63,053 bases of DNA, filler included, from Reticulomyxa filosa (GCA_000512085.1; 16 parts of 16 records of this genome joined end to end with filler, not necessarily neighbours in it), one strand, 5' to 3'; numbered from the whole stretch's first letter, positions 12,014-24,732 are shown. Translations and numbers: made by a program. Notes: generated by a model not told the origin, from the letters alone.

Positions 12014-12227
12014 CGCTTCCTCTTCTAGTATTTCTCTTTCATCTACTGTCCCACCTCCAGCGTCTTCAGTGTCGTTGCAAGAACAGCACAAAAGTAATGC
12101 AGATATCGGCCAACAGGCCCCATCACGGTTAAGTGGATCACAGAAAACTATTAAGCAACCACTTCTTACTCGCATTGAACCTAATCAGGGTATTTGTGTA
12201 CCCGGCTGTGGTTGTGTCGTGCTCTGA
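10939..12227 (+). CDS. Uncharacterised charged/proline-rich protein ending in CaaX box (GCGCVVL*)
   Basis: ATG 10939. Introns 11428-11517 and ~11623-11747 keep the frame. C-terminus is ICVPGCGCVVL*. Confidence 0.7.
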
Positions 12228-12904
12228 TCATTATAGTTATCGTTTGTAGTTCATATGTATTTTTTTTTTTTCTTATTTTTATCATTATCTTTATTTCGAT
12301 TTCATTCTTTTTTTTTTTTTTTTCCAGTCAAAAAACATGCTTCGAAAGATCTTTTAAATCTTTCTCGTTGGCCTACATGAAGGATAGAGTTTTTACCTTT
12401 TTGTAACTTTTACGAAAAAACGAATACTTTTTTATTTTCTTCTGTTATGATTACAATATAAATTACCATCTCACAATTGTCGTTGGATAAAAAATAATCA
12501 GTCCAAAGCAATATAAAAAAAGTATTTTAAATTACATGCAATGTTTTATAGAATTGCAGTAAAAAAAATGCTTTGAAAAAGTTAATTTTAACTTAAAACA
12601 AATTTAACAATGTTTTAACTGTTAGATCTGACACGCGATTTTGTTTAAAGTTATATGTTGTTGTTTTTTTGAAATTTCTTTTCTTATTGTTTGTATTTGA
12701 GCTTTTTTGACAGCATCATTATACCGATTGATTCAAAATTTTTTATTTTTTGTGGTACGTGTGTATAAAAAATAATTAATTACCAGTAAAATTCAGTAAT
12801 AATCATTTTACAGTTAACAAAATGTTGTTCAAAAGTACATTATATATATATAATAACTACCGTTACAAACAAATAAAAACAAACAAAAAATACCAACAAA
12901 ATTC

Positions 12905-13674
12905 TTAATATTTCGTATGCCTAATCCTTGCTTTGATCAAAACTTTTATACTATCAGTCATTGATTCCACTAACGTTCTACAAATATATTGTCAATATAT
13001 TCAAATTCTTTCTCAAACACATCCCAAAGCTTCTCCAAAGATTTAACATCATGGTTTTGGTGAATCTTCATATTTATAATTTGCCATATTATCGATTGGA
13101 TTGAGGTCTGAGCTATGCTGATGATGTTCACCACCTTTCACAGTAGGCTTAGTATTACGATCGGAATCATTTCATTATGTCTTCAACAAATGTATTCTTT
13201 TCAGTCACTTCCGAAAAGATTTATTTTCGTTTTATCTGAAAAAATCACTTTACTAAATCACTTTTGGTCAATGATTTGTGCTTTTTGGCGAACTCTAAAA
13301 GAAATTTTTTATGACGCTTAGTTAACTGATGTTTTTTGATACTTATTCGACCATTTAAACACTGTGATTTTAAAATGTTCTTCATAGTTCTCAAGGAGAA
13401 CGTTCTTTTATATGTTCGTGCGAGTAGTCGCTGTAAATATACTGCTGTTTATGCATATCCAGAGTAAATTAAGCGAATATATATCAGTCCAAGTTTTAGG
13501 ACATCCAGAGCCTCTTTTTCGTGTAATCGTTCCACTGTTGATGATGCTGATGTAAAATTTTTTTGCTGTGTCATGATTTATCCTAAATTGCTTGCCAGCT
13601 TCACAATACGACATTACCATACATATTCTTTCAAATAAAATTCCTTGTTGTATTCCAGACATCTTGTGAGTCAT
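12905..13674 (-). mobile_element. Degraded Tc1-family (DD34E) transposase fossil with internal deletion
   Basis: Ordered motifs through stops and frameshifts: GTITRKRGSGCPK; LTKRHKK..LEFAKKHKSLT; SKVIFSDKTKINLFGSD; KPTVKGG; SSDLNPIDN; CRTLVESMTDSIKVLIKARIRHTKY*. Confidence 0.88.
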
Positions 13675-14480
13675 GACTAGATAACAATAAAAACAAAAAA
13701 CTTGTTGTAATGTTGAAAAAGAAAAGTTTGATGGAAAATTTTGACTGCAACTAAAGCAAATCCAACATGAAAACTACAACCTTCAAATCATTTTTGAAAA
13801 TTTTTTTCTTACAACAACTTTTATAAATTTTTATTTATTGTTTTTACGAACTACTTATAAAAGTGTAAACGTATATACAGTAAACCAGAAAAAATCATCA
13901 CGATTTGCTACTAAAATTTTGTTTAGAAACACAAAAAGTTCATATTTTATTATTGTCTAATTCTTTTATCGCAACTGTATGGAACGCACAAAATCCTAAA
14001 ACAAGAAAAAGTCTAATCATAATTTAAAGTCGATAAAATGTGTTATTGTTCGTAATAGACAACTGGTCGTAATAAATCGAAAATATTACGAAATTAGTTT
14101 GATCATATGTTATTATTTAGCTTATCAGTATGGAAAATCTCAAAATAAAATCACTAATTGACTCGAAAAGAAGTCCACATATACAAATTACGAAAATTGC
14201 GTTCGCAAAACGAATAAAAAGAACCTGATGTAATATTGCACAAAGCCATTCATTTAGAACAATCTTGCAATGCATCACATTTTCCGGAACAATTAGATAA
14301 TAAATCACTTCGCTAGAAACCATTGAACGAGTTATCTCGTCATTTAGAGTTTTGAATTGCTTTTCACGAAATCTAGTCAAGTCGAAAAGACAAATTGTGG
14401 ATAAAGTCCAAGCCGTAATCATAACAAAATGTGAACATTCGCGATCTCAGATGTTGTCTAGATGAAGCAAAGATGGTGGA

Positions 14481-14675
14481 TGTAGTACAAAACGCTATTA
14501 ATTGTCAGTAAAATTCAAGTGAACATTAGAACGCTTTTTATTCTAGTTTCACTTGCTTCCTAGTCTCTTGTCTTACGTTTTTTGGTTGATTATTCTATGT
14601 CATTATTTTTTCTTTCAACTAAACTTGTTTTTGTTGAAATTTGCTCAAGATAGCTAATAAATCTTTCGTATTACA
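14481..14675 (+). mobile_element. LTR-like element copy (TGTAGTAC...GTATTACA, 195 bp)
   Basis: TG...CA ends with a 7/8 inverted repeat, AATAAA near the 3' end, purine-rich AAAGATGGTGGA just upstream, and the CTTTCGTATTACA motif shared with the copies at 39263 and 44975. Confidence 0.55.
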
Positions 14676-14788
14676 TTTTGCGCAGTTCTTCTTAGCAGAT
14701 ATCGTTGTTGAGTGATACTGGGTTTGTTTGCAAAAAAAGGAGAAAAATTGGAATTTTTAACAATTTTCTTTTAGAACTCAAGAAAATA

Positions 14789-15545
14789 ATGTCTGTAGAT
14801 GAAAAGAAAGCAGAGAGTGAAGTCCAAGTTGAGAAGCCTCTCACGTTAGAATATTATGAGAAGAGTGGTTTGCGAGAGCCGCTGTTTGTAGGAAACTTGC
14901 ACGAAAAGGCAGATGACGGTTTGCACAAATGGACAATGTTTATTTCAACAAGTAAAGATAGATTCGTGGATCCAGTGGCCATCAAAGATGTTGTTGAGTA
15001 CTGTATTGACAGCTAAAGCACCAAGATAAGTCCACAAATAGATAGCATGAATGCAGCAGCAAACAAAAAAAAACTACGCAAAATAGACCTACTTATTACA
15101 TCCAACATTCCAAGTGCCCCGTCAACACGTAACAATCTCACCTTTTTTCTTAGTCCGCAAAGGTATAACCGAAACAAAAGGCAAGGTTCGACCTGTAGAA
15201 ACATGCACAAAATTGGTGTGTTATTGTTATTGTTGATGGGGGGGGGGGGGGGAAAACATAGGCTGGGGAGTATTTGAGGTCGATATAGTAATAACATTCA
15301 AGGACAAGATTTCTCGATCGGCATTACGAGTGAAGCATATGCTATCATTTGACCACCCTGTTATACTGACCGACACGCAAACACTGGTACGTTGTTACTA
15401 TGATACCGCTTGGGTCCATCCGTCGTTGTCGGGCTCATTGCTGGAAAAGTCAAAAGACAAGACTGGGATGATCGCTTCCGCAGGCCAAAGATTGGCCGGA
15501 AATTTGAGTCTATTGGCTAGTCGGATTGAACTTTTAGATTTCAGG
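14789..15545 (+). CDS. YEATS domain protein (acyl-lysine reader), 3' partial
   Basis: Motifs LFVGN, HKWTMF, IKDV|TYLLHPTF and IG|WGVFEVDIVITF..VKHMLSF across introns. One internal exon junction is unresolved. Confidence 0.82.
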
Positions 15546-15724
15546 TTTGTATTTGTGAGTGATTGCTTTCAAAGATCGGTTGTACACAATTGTGTGGGGT
15601 GTGGGGTGTGGGGTGGGGCGGGGGNNNNNNNNNNNNNNNNNNNNNNNNNNNNNNNNNNNNNNNNNNNNTTAATTAATTAANNNNNNNNNNNNNNNNNNNN
15701 NNNNNNNNNNNNNNNNNNNNNNNN

Positions 15725-15760
<36 letters not shown>

Positions 15761-15829
15761 GAAATAAATAGGGTCTGAGAGAAAAAAAAAAAAAAAAAAA
15801 AAGTGACAAACGTGTAAAGAACGCTAACC

Positions 15830-17430
15830 ATAAAATAAGTTTTTTCAGTCCGTGGTTTTGAATCAATCCTTGTGCCAACACTTGCACGCCGTCGTTAAAA
15901 ATTTCATTGTATGACAATTCCAACTCTTCCAATGTGTGGTTGTTGATCAGCATTTTTGCCAACACTTGCGCTCCACGTGCGCCAGTGCGGTTTATGTTCA
16001 TTCGCAATGTCTTTAAAGAATGGTTTACATTGAGACCTAAGCATAATGGCCGTCATGACCGTTTGTTTGGGAATAAAATAGAGATTACATATATGTATAT
16101 GTATGTATATGTATGTATATGTATGTATATGTATATATGCATATATACATATATAAACCTTTTGCAATATCCATAGTTCGTTGTGCTCCTAATCTGTTTC
16201 TGGAAATGTCCAATTTTTGTAACGAATTGTTTCGTACTAAAAACGTTTGAATCTCACGGGCGCCCAAATCACCAAAGCGATTTGCAGCGATGTTCAAATG
16301 GGTCAGTGTATTGTTCCGTTCGATTCCTCGACGCAAATATTTGCACCCTGTTCAAGGACATTCCAAAAACAAAAAATATAGACATATATGCACATAAGAC
16401 GAGAATATCTCAAAGTACAAACCATTGTCCGATATTTCACAATTTTCCAAAGACAATCGTCGAATGGTGTTGCTAATGCAAATGGCCTTTCCCAGATAGC
16501 CACATCCCGCATCGCTGGTGCAATTGTAGGACAGATTCAACGATTGAAGACGGCCGATGCGTTCGCGGCCTTCAAAGCCCGCCAGCACACTTCTCACTTC
16601 GGTGACTTGGAACGAGTCCAAGTCAATGCCGGGTGCCAACAGTCCAGCGATGGCGCGGGTCCCACTCACGCCAATTTCGTTTCCCATCAAATCCAAGATC
16701 TCCAACGTCGCCATACACGAGTTTAGCAATCCGTCGGCCAGCACTTTGGCTCCAGGCGATTGAATGGCACACCAGCGTAACCTCAAAACCCTTACGTATA
16801 TTATGTACATACCATACAATAAATATATATATATATTTATATATAGGGTACATGCATATGTCATATGCAAACATGCATATGTAACATCTGTTCCAAACAA
16901 GCCCTTTCTTTCACTCGTTTGTTTTTTTTTTTCCTTTCATTGAACAGTTAAACTCAAGTAGTTACATACACACGCATACACATATATATATATATACCGA
17001 ATTCCTTTAAAAGAATCATTGGTAAGTATTTGTCTCCACAGGTTCATGCTTTCGCCTCGACACAGATTTGGAGGTAGCATTGACTTGTCCAATTGCCCTT
17101 TTTTGGACGCCTCTGTGAAAATTTCACGCAACAATTGCAACTTGGCTTTTCGTTTTGCTCTTGCTTTCCTTTGTTTTTCACGTCTCCACTTCCATTGCTC
17201 GTCCCTCCATTTGCCGCTGTGTTATTCTCTTTTGTCATTGACCCATTTGCACTGTCTTTGCTGCCTTTTCTGGTCCGTACTTTGTCTTCTTTCTCTGCAT
17301 TGTCGTTGTCATTGTCATTGTCATTCTCGTTGTTGTTGTTTTTGTTGTCGTTATCGTATGGCTCATGGTTTGGGTCATGTTCACGGTCATCGCCTTCATC
17401 TGCTGACATATTCGTTGTCTTCTTTGGATT
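15830..17430 (-). CDS. Ribonuclease-inhibitor/NLRC3-type leucine-rich repeat protein (partial)
   Basis: Repeated LxxLxLxxNxIxxxGaxxLa units, e.g. LEILDLMGNEIGVSG, LQSLNLSYN, LTHLNIAANRFGDLG, LEELELSYNEIFNDG. Confidence 0.88.
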
Positions 17431-18440
17431 ACATATGCATATATATATAATGTATATATATTTTTTTTTTTTTTTTTTTTTTTATTGGCTTTGATTTGTT
17501 TTATTTTTAGTTTCATTTGTGTGCTGCTTTGTTTGTTTCCTCTATTTCTTTGTCATTTTTCAAAAATGAAGCTGAAGGTCTCCTCATCAGTATCCCAATT
17601 CGACACGATTTCAAACTACAAAAAAAAAGTGAAACTACTGCAAACTAAATTAACTTAACTTTGCGTTTTTGTTAATTACAGATATCTTCCAAGATAGATG
17701 AAGGTGATCACCAAAAGCTTTTTTTTGTCCGTCTATTAGACCAGGCGTTCCTTTGTTTCAGTTTTTTTTGCTTGTGTCCTAAAGAGAGGTAATGCAAGGA
17801 AAAAAAGACTATTCTCTTCAGTTTCTTGTTCCGCACTTATGCAACAACTGTTACATTTAATGACAATTTTCACCTAAAAAAACGTGTTGTTACGAAATAT
17901 AAATCTGTCGACGTAAAGCGGAATCTTAGTGAAAAAACCAATTTCAAGTAGCAGAGTTTGTAAGATACGAAACACATTAAAACGACGTGGCGCCAATGTT
18001 TTCGCAACAACAACCCAAAGGGAACAAAGTTTTCAACAGCTTCGAATCACTTATACGCAAGACTGCGATCAATAAATTCAAATGCGAAATATTTCCTTAG
18101 GGCGTCGATTGCACAAAAAAGCAAAGGGTGCCTCTGTGTATCCAATCCTTTCAATATACAGTTAAAATTTGTTTGCACGTGTGCCGCGTGCTTAACAAAA
18201 TGACATGTTGTATAAAGTGTTGATGTTTTGTTCTGACAGAAAATTATTCTCTTGAATCCCGACGCTTTTATAATTCGAATAACCTCGATTCTCTGCTTAA
18301 TCGTTTACAATCAGGAGATATAACAAAATCAGAAGTTAATTTTTTGTTTGGTAAAAGGGGCAATACAAAATATTGAGGAACAGGTCCCGAAAATTCAAGA
18401 AATTTCCGGACACATTCAATTATATATTTACACATACATA

Positions 18441-19602
18441 ATGCTTGGAATGTATCTTTTGTTTACACAACCATGGACAAAACAAACAAAGGTACTTCGA
18501 TTGATAGCAACAAATGAAAACCTACGTGCTCATGTAAATGAATTGGAACGACAGAATGCATCAACAAAAAAGATAAGCGAAGAGAGTTGGATGGATAAAA
18601 AGGGTTCCAGATCGCATATAATCGAGGGGACATCGAATATAGCAGGAGGAGCGATAAATAGTGAAATGTATAATTCGTTGATGACAATGCCCTCACAGAC
18701 GGGATTGGGAACGAAGCTGAACCCAATACACACAAGGACACACATGTCGTTCCGCGAGTTTCTCCTTTCATTGATCCCATTCCTTCTCATGTTTTGGTTG
18801 TTGGGAGGATTTGATTTGATGAGGGGCCGCAAAGTTAAAGAGAATTTTTTTTTTTTTTTTTTTTTTTTAAAAAAGGGGGTTTTTTTTTTTTTTTTTTTTT
18901 TTTACAATCTCAAAAAAAAATTATTTGAACTTTTAAAAATGTAATGTACTTTTTTATAAAAAAAAAAATTTATAGTGTAAAAGTTTTGTAATGTTGAAAA
19001 ATGATAAATGAATATTGTTGTATAGCAAGGAGGAACCGGAGGATCATTTGGCAAGAATTTTTCGGAATGGGATGAAACGGATTGGGAAGACGATGAAGAA
19101 GATAGCGAAGAGGGTGGTAACAGTGACAATAAAAACGGCGAAGCGCACGGAACGAAAGTGTTGAATAGCAAAAAGAACAGACTCGCAAGTGGAAAAGACA
19201 AAAAAGAGACTGAGGACAGCGACTTGCGAAGTCAGTTCTTTCGACGACTGGGCATTGATGTGAATCAAAAGAATGTAGCCAACCAATACAATCACAATGC
19301 ACTTTTGAAAGAAGAAAATAAGTCACAGAACAACAAAGACAATACAAATGTCAATGACAAAGATAAAGATAAAGACAAAGACAAAGACAACAGTGATGCG
19401 AATAGCAACAATAACAATGCCAATGAAATAGACGTGGTGGAAAAAGAAGAAGAAGTCCCCCACAAAAAAAAACACAAGCGTGTTCGCTTTCGTGATGTTT
19501 GTGGCAATGACGAAGCAAAAATGGACTTGCAAGATTTAGTCGATTACTTAAAAAATCCCGAAAAGTATCAACAAATGGGTTGCAAATTGCCAAAAGGTTA
19601 TT

Positions 19603-19635
<33 letters not shown>

Positions 19636-20350
19636 TTTCTCTTTGCTTTTTTGTTGCAAAACAATGACAAGATGATTGGTAATTTTTTTTTTTTTTTTTG
19701 GAATAAAGGTGTACTCTTGGCAGGGCCCCCTGGCACTGGTAAAACCTTGATGGCGAGGGCTTTGGCCGGAGAGGCTGGCGTTCCATTCTTTGCGACGAAT
19801 GGCGCTTCGTTTGATGAGGTCTTTGTTGGCGTTGGAGTTGTGCGTGTCAAACGGCTTTTTGAAAGAGCAAAAGAAAAAAGTCCATGCATTGTTTTCATTG
19901 ATGAAATTGACGCCATTGGAAACACAAGGATGCAAATGGGAACCGCTCATTCCTCAGTTCTTTTTTAATTTTTTTTGTAAAAAAAAACAACTCTTTATTA
20001 TTATACAATTCAATTTGAAACATAACAGGATTCATTGAATGCACTGTTAAGCGAAATGGACGGATTTGAACAAAATGCAGGTATAATAGTAATTGCAGCG
20101 ACCAACATGCCTGATCGGCTGGATCATGCATTGGTGCGCCCGGGGAGATTTGACCGAAAAGTTTATATCCAATTGCCAGACGCAAAGGCGCGAAAAGAAA
20201 TTGCATCATTGTATTTAAAAAATCGACAAACAGATGATGTTGACTTGGACTTGTTAGTTTCTGATATTGCCGGCTTCTCGGGAGCTGAGCTCGAGTCTAT
20301 GGTCAATCTTGCGAGCATTGAAGCTGTCAAACAAGGCAAAAACAAAGTTA
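18441..20350 (+). CDS. FtsH/YME1-type AAA+ metalloprotease, N-terminal and AAA part (protease domain beyond contig end; start uncertain)
   Basis: [27 protein letters not shown], Walker A GPPGTGKT, Walker [35 protein letters not shown], and a TM segment [15 protein letters not shown]. Confidence 0.93.
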
Positions 20351-20823
20351 AATGAATACATAAACAAATAAATACATATATGTACATATATNNNNNNNNN
20401 NNNNNNNNNNNNNNNNNNNNNNNNNNNNNNNNNNNTTAATTAATTAANNNNNNNNNNNNNNNNNNNNNNNNNNNNNNNNNNNNNNNNNNNNATGTTTAGA
20501 TCCATCAGGATGTGTAGATATTATTTAAAAAAATATTGATTTTTCATGAATAAAATTGCAAATGTTTATAGGAATTTATTTTAGCATATTTTCTTGAGGT
20601 CGATATTAATCGATGATTATCTAGCATCTTAAAGTTATCTTAAAAAGTTGTAAACTTCATTTTATGAAAATGTGAACAATCTCAAAGGTGTGTTTTTGAT
20701 CAAAGATAATCACACTCTACCCGATCATTTACCAACATACAACACACAATGCAATGATACGAGTTCTACTCCCCCTTGCTCTTTGTCGCATGAGCAAGTG
20801 ATTTTGTTTCTTGTTTGTTTTTT

Positions 20824-22350
20824 TCAATCTTTCCAAAGTGGCCTTTCTATTTTGTCATTACTACGAAAGCCACAATTAACAAAACTAACATCATCCCAAT
20901 AACCTGGACACTTCCATCGGCCTTGGCCTTTGTGTCCAAAGTCTCGAGGATAATCCACCGATAATTTTGACCCTCCACATTCCGGGCAAAGCGGTAGACA
21001 GCCCCACAACTTGAAATCACAAATGCGATCAATCAACTCATCTTTCACTCCGCTATCTTCATGTCATTTTTTCGCAGCATATCTTTCAGTTGCGCTATTG
21101 TATATGACTTTTTTTTTCCCCCCCCCCCATCCGTGATGAGTCGATCCACATTTTCAATTCCATCCAACATCCAAAAAAAAAAAAATTTGTACTGTCATTA
21201 AATTGACCGTTTTCGATTTTTTTTTTTTTTTGGTAACATGTTTATTTTTATTTTTTTTGAGCTTTATACTTTGCATTAGACTTTTTTATTGTGTGTGTAC
21301 AAAAATTTGTTTATTCCTATCGTTTGCTGATTTTCCAACAAACAACTTTAACTTGTAGACTCTCTTGCAATTCGTCCCACTTTTTTTTGTCGTTTGCAAT
21401 ATCTTGTTTGAGAGTGGCCTTTTCGCGCTCTTTTTCTGAGTCAGATTTTTCGGGCTCGTTTTTTGTCTGTTCAATGTGATTGCGCAATCGCTCTGCCAAT
21501 TTACTTTTAGATCCCGTCGTCTTCAAGTTGAAATCTCTGCAATATTGCTTCATTTCATCAACGCGCAATGAATCAATGTCCTCCTCTCGCAGTTCCACTT
21601 TACGTTTTTTGCTTGGGGGTGTGTCTTCCTTACTACTATCGTCTCCATTGTCTGGTTTTTTCGTTTTCTTCTTGTGCTTATTGCCTTTTTTTTGTTCTTC
21701 TTCTTCTTCTTCGTTTTCGTCTTCGTCGTTTTCCTCTTCATCGTCATGTTCGCTTTCCTCTTTGCGTTTGCTTTTTCCTTTAGTTTTTTCCTCTGAACTC
21801 TCACTCTCTAACCATCCATCTATTAGCATAGGTTCACTTGCTCTTTTTCTCTCTTTTATCGGTTCATTTTCCATTTGTTGTCGGCATACTCTCTCTTTTG
21901 CACGTTCTCTCTCTTCTTCTTCTTCTTCTTTTTTCCCTCTTTGCAACAGTCGACTGAAAAATCCTACCTTTGACGAACTGCCTGCTGGGGGTGTTATTGG
22001 TTGGTTCTTTTTATCCACTGCTACGTCCTTTTTCATTGATATTTTTTAAAAATGATCTCACTTCTCTTCCCTCCCCCCCTCCCCCTTTTTTTAAAAAAAA
22101 ATACCGTATTATCTCCTCTTATCATTTTCTCGTCTTTTTCCTTTTCTTTTTTCTTGGATTTATTCTTCTCTCTTTTATTCACTTTTCCCTTTGCCTTCCT
22201 TCCACTTCTTTTTCTTCCTTTCTTTGGCCTGACATTCTCGGTGCTGCAGTCTGATGCGGCGTCACTTGCTGAGTCGCTATCATATAACATGTTTATTCCT
22301 GTCTCCAGTTCATTTTCTGACATCGACACGTATTCTTCTCTATTGTGCAC
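20824..22350 (-). CDS. SAP + PADR1 (PARP1 Zn3-type zinc ribbon) protein lacking a PARP catalytic domain
   Basis: SAP: IDSLRVDEMKQYCRDFNLKTTGSKSKLAERL. PADR1: YTIAQLKDMLRKN..SGVKDELIDRICD..WGCLPLCPECGG..WKCPGYWD..VNC..IERPLWKD*. 1-nt frameshift at ~21055. Confidence 0.8.
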
Positions 22351-22705
22351 AACACCGAATTATAAAGTTTACTTGCTTCGTAAAGCACAAATGTCTTCAA
22401 CAAATGTAAAACAATTACTGATCACTCTCTGGATCAAAGCAGACATTATCCGCTACACACTCCATATTACGATTATTTGTCTAACACAAGGCCTTTTTTA
22501 AACAAGCAACTTTTGCTTGTACAAAATACAGAAATTGATTTTAATCTTTCACATAAATTAACAATTTAAAACAGAAATGGAAATATTTTATTCTATGTGA
22601 GAAACATTGCTCTTGATATTCTCTAAAAGTAACATTATTTGATCAATGCACATTTGTATGCATAATAAAAAAAAAGTTCAACATAAAGTATTTATACCAA
22701 CAAAC

Positions 22706-22810
22706 TGTAGAAAAGTTATGGCGACTAGTAATACGAAAGGAACGTAGTTCCAAAAGTAAGGCTAAATAAAAATAAAGTAAATTAATAAAGAAAATGTCAA
22801 AAGACAATAG
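22706..22810 (-). repeat. Partial inverted copy of the TGTAG.../CTTTCGTATTAC element
   Basis: TGTAG..GTAATACGAAAGGAACGTAGTTCCAAAA matches the reverse complement of 39427-39480. Confidence 0.65.
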
Positions 22811-23279
22811 TTTGTAAAGTTTAGTTTTGAGCATTGACAGATTAGTATCTTTCAAATAATTCGTGTTAGTCATGTATTCTCTTTGCAAAATAAATGAGTT
22901 TTGAATTTTTGATATAATATTATCATTGTCTTCGTTATTTGTGGTATTACAGTAAATTGAAAAAAAAACTGACATGCCTAAATGGCACTATATGAAGAGA
23001 ATCGATTTTCTCCATGAAAAATAAAGATTTAAACATAATTTTTTAAAAAAAATTAATCTCTAATCTTGTAGTTTTTNNNNNNNNNNNNNNNNNNNNNNNN
23101 NNNNNNNNNNNNNNNNNNNNTTAATTAATTAANNNNNNNNNNNNNNNNNNNNNNNNNNNNNNNNNNNNNNNNNNNNAACAAATAAATAAATAAATAAATA
23201 TATAAACATATATACATATACATATATATATATATCTTTAATTTAATTTATTTATGTTATGTACTGATCTTTTGATAGT

Positions 23280-24157
23280 TTATGTGCTTGAATGATTTGA
23301 ATCGGAAAATGCAACTTTCGCCTTATGAGCGATCGGTGATATTCAACAATCCGAGTCAGTGGGAACGGCTTTGTCGGGCTTCATTGTCGGAGCTAACTGG
23401 CTTCGCGAGCGACTTGTACGGACTTCAATCCAAATACGTCAACAGCCCCTTTTCCGTTATCCACATTATCAACATTCCTGTTGCTATTTTTTTTTTAATG
23501 CGCGTCAACCTGTTATATGGAGCGCACAGAGTTGAGGACGAAAGAGGCGCAGGCTTTTCCGATCTTTTTTCACTCCTCTTTGTTTTTCTTTCATCTTCAA
23601 AAAAAAAAAAGGTTACATTGATTAACTAAAAAACGCTGAAACAGTGATTGTTTTGAAAAAAAATTACAGTATTGACAACGTTGGTTGTAAGGTCGTGCGA
23701 CGAAGATAAAAGAGGGGTATGAGAAAAATGCCTTTTTCTTTTTATTATTTGCAAATTTAATACTTATTTGAAAAAAAAATTCCTTTTTCGTTAGTTCATT
23801 TTCTTTTTTTTTTTTTAAATTGGATAGACAATAAAACCACAAATTGCACTCATTTTGGACACATTTTTGGATTTGCTGCAGTTGTTGGATCTGTTCGGAT
23901 CAAGTTCAACTTATCAGCTCTGCAGAGATTGGACAAGTTTGGTTACAAAATCAACTGTGATGGCCAATTTTTCAAGCAATACTCAATATAATCGTCTGTG
24001 GAAAAAAGAGTACGTGGAGATTTATCGATGTCTAGAGTCATGTGTGTGTATGATTGTTGGAAAATTTGGTGGAGACTTACGAAAACTTAATATGAGCCCA
24101 GATAATATGCGAGTGTTAGGAGTTTTCTTACAAAACATTCGAGGTATTCGTGTTTGA
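23280..24157 (+). CDS. NDC1: Probable nucleoporin NDC1, C-terminal part
   Basis: LCLNDLNRKMQLSPYERSVIF..WERLCRASL, VEDERG..IALILDTFLDL and LESCVCMIVGKFGGDL..RVLGVFL* run collinear with recalled human NDC1 motifs ([64 protein letters not shown]). Confidence 0.68.
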
Positions 24158-24732
24158 ATAATTTTTCATTTCTTGGAGGTAGTTACTGCTTTTTTTTTTT
24201 NNNNNNNNNNNNNNNNNNNNNNNNNNNNNNNNNNNNNNNNNNNNTTAATTAATTAANNNNNNNNNNNNNNNNNNNNNNNNNNNNNNNNNNNNNNNNNNNN
24301 GTTGACATCAAAACTGTCGTGTAATTTTTTTTTTCACTTGTTTAGGGGAATTCTTCTTTTGCTTCCTGTCTTCCCCTCCCCCCTCCATCTTTCTTGTTTT
24401 TAAAAGCCAATGTGATTACAATATTAGTCGTCGATGTGTTGTCGAAAATAAAATTATTACAATGGCAGTATGTTGTTTACTTCATTTTCTCCCTTGCGCT
24501 TCTTTATGTTTTCAATTATTTCCTTTCCAAACGCGATTTGAGAATCAAAAATGGTGTATAGACAACTCCTTTCAGAGCAAAATATATCTTTAAAAAATAT
24601 TTTAATCTTCATCTATACAAAATATCCACGTTGCTGTTTTGTTTCTAAGAAAACTTGAGATATTTATTTATTTAGCATATCAAGTCTAAGGCCTTTTTTT
24701 TAAAAAAATATTGATTGGGGATAAAAGACATC

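Noticed and set aside
12800-13985. TACAGTT ends as Tc1 terminal inverted repeats
   Set aside because: The match covers only ~7 bp in AT-rich DNA and does not extend.
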